From: Candidatus Marinacidobacterales bacterium
GTDB taxonomy: Bacteria > Acidobacteriota > Vicinamibacteria > Marinacidobacterales > SMYC01
Direction: 5' to 3'
Assembly (NCBI GenBank): GCA_965237955.1
Contig: OZ250169.1
Location: 3,040,001-3,104,000 of the forward strand
Length of the DNA: 64,000 nucleotides
The translations under genes and the position numbers were made by a program. The notes under the pieces were generated by a model. It did not search any database, was not told the DNA's origin, and worked only from the letters and a program-made list of their open reading frames with translations. This document shows, piece after piece, positions 62,980 through 64,000 of this stretch (within the stretch, counting starts at the first letter, position 1; each line of letters begins with the position of its first letter).

Positions 62980-63858
62980 CATAGATCTTGGGACGAGGAC
63001 TTTCTCGCGGCCGAGCTTGGTGCGCTTGTGTCCGCGGACCTCGACTTCGACATCGGGCTCACCGGCTTCTCGATCCCTGAAATTGATGGAACTCTGGCGA
63101 CGGTCAAACCAGAGGAGCCGGGTGATCCGCGGGACGATGTCATCCCGGACGGGGCACCCTCCCGTGTCGACCCGGGTGACGTCTGGCAGCTCGGGGCGCA
63201 TCGTTTAATCTGTGGCGATGCGCTCGAACGGGGCGTGGTGACCACGCTGATGGCGGGCGAACAGGCCCGGATGGTCTTCACCGATCCTCCCTATAACGTT
63301 CCGATCGACGGGCATGCCGGCGGCTCCGGCAAGATCAAACACCGCGAGTTTGCGATGGCTTCCGGTGAGATGAGCAGAGAGGAGTTCACGGGGTTTCTTC
63401 AGCGTGCCTTCGAGCGTCTGGTCGAGCACAGCGTCGACGGCTCGATCCACTTCATTTGTATGGATTGGCGCCACATGCCCGAGATCCTCGCGGCTGGCGA
63501 GGCCGTCTTCGATGAGCTTAAAAACCTGATCGTTTGGGTGAAAGATAACGGCGGGATGGGCGCGTTCTATCGCTCGCGGCACGAGCTCATCTTCGCCTTC
63601 AAGCACGGGAAGGCACCACACATCAACACCTTCGAGCTTGGTCAACAACGGCCGGTATCGCACGAATGTGTGGCAGTACCGCGGTGTCAACACCCTGCGG
63701 CCGGGCCGGATGGAGGAACTTGCGCTGCACCCGACGGTCAAGCCGGTGCAGATGATCGCGGACGCCATCCGCGACGTCTCGGGCCGGGGCGATATCGTGC
63801 TCGATGTGTTTGGCGGGTCCGGCTCGACCCTGATAGCGGCGGAGAAGACTGGCCGGAG
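62980..63858 (+). pseudogene. N6/N4 DNA methyltransferase fragment (ParB-MTase type), frameshift near 63645
   Basis: GD.W.LG.HRL.CGD, FTDPPYN, YRSRHE, HPTVKP, D.FGGSGST; ends at an rve-1 end. Confidence 0.8.
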
Positions 63859-64000
63859 ATCTAAGCTGCTGATTTGTGGTCTATTTCAAAAGAGCCGAGT
63901 TTTGGCACAGGACGACGTTACCGTGTTGCTCTGTTCGGAGTAACCCGATTCGTCAAACCACCCCCGAAGAGAATTGAGTTCGTAAAAGCACGGCGAGCTT

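Noticed and set aside
860-63915. Recurrent GTCCTGTGCCAAAA motif as integron attC-like cassette sites
   Set aside because: They are the termini of the intact rve element, occur in both orientations and cut genes internally; no integron integrase seen.

Overview
A GC-rich, IS-saturated accessory region that reads as a decaying defence/DNA-processing island. Intact or near-intact cargo: a RecD-like SF1 helicase with a C-terminal nuclease, a SWIM protein, a PTP-ADP-ribosylhydrolase fusion, a four-gene bacterial ubiquitination-like operon (Ubl, E2, JAB-E1, DUF2971), HEPN/Toprim and HEPN/RES proteins, a PaeR7I/XhoI-type R-M pair, and a nurA-herA-sbcD-sbcC operon. Many other genes (SF2 and SNF2 helicases, type III-like Res, HsdR-RAMA, AIPR, DUF499, DUF3883, DNA methylase, tRNA-Ser) are cut by IS ends. 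The main signal is an IS1111-type IS110 recombinase in four near-identical copies, each inserted at the same TG dinucleotide in the right inverted repeat of diverged IS1-derived MITEs. Its 3' non-coding region contains visible matches to both the target and the donor junction (bridge/seek RNA). At 11.9-13.0 kb that RNA module is amplified into a transposase-free tandem array. A second, unrelated IS110 has a 5' RNA with its own end/flank matches. All calls come from motif reading by eye; no searches were run.
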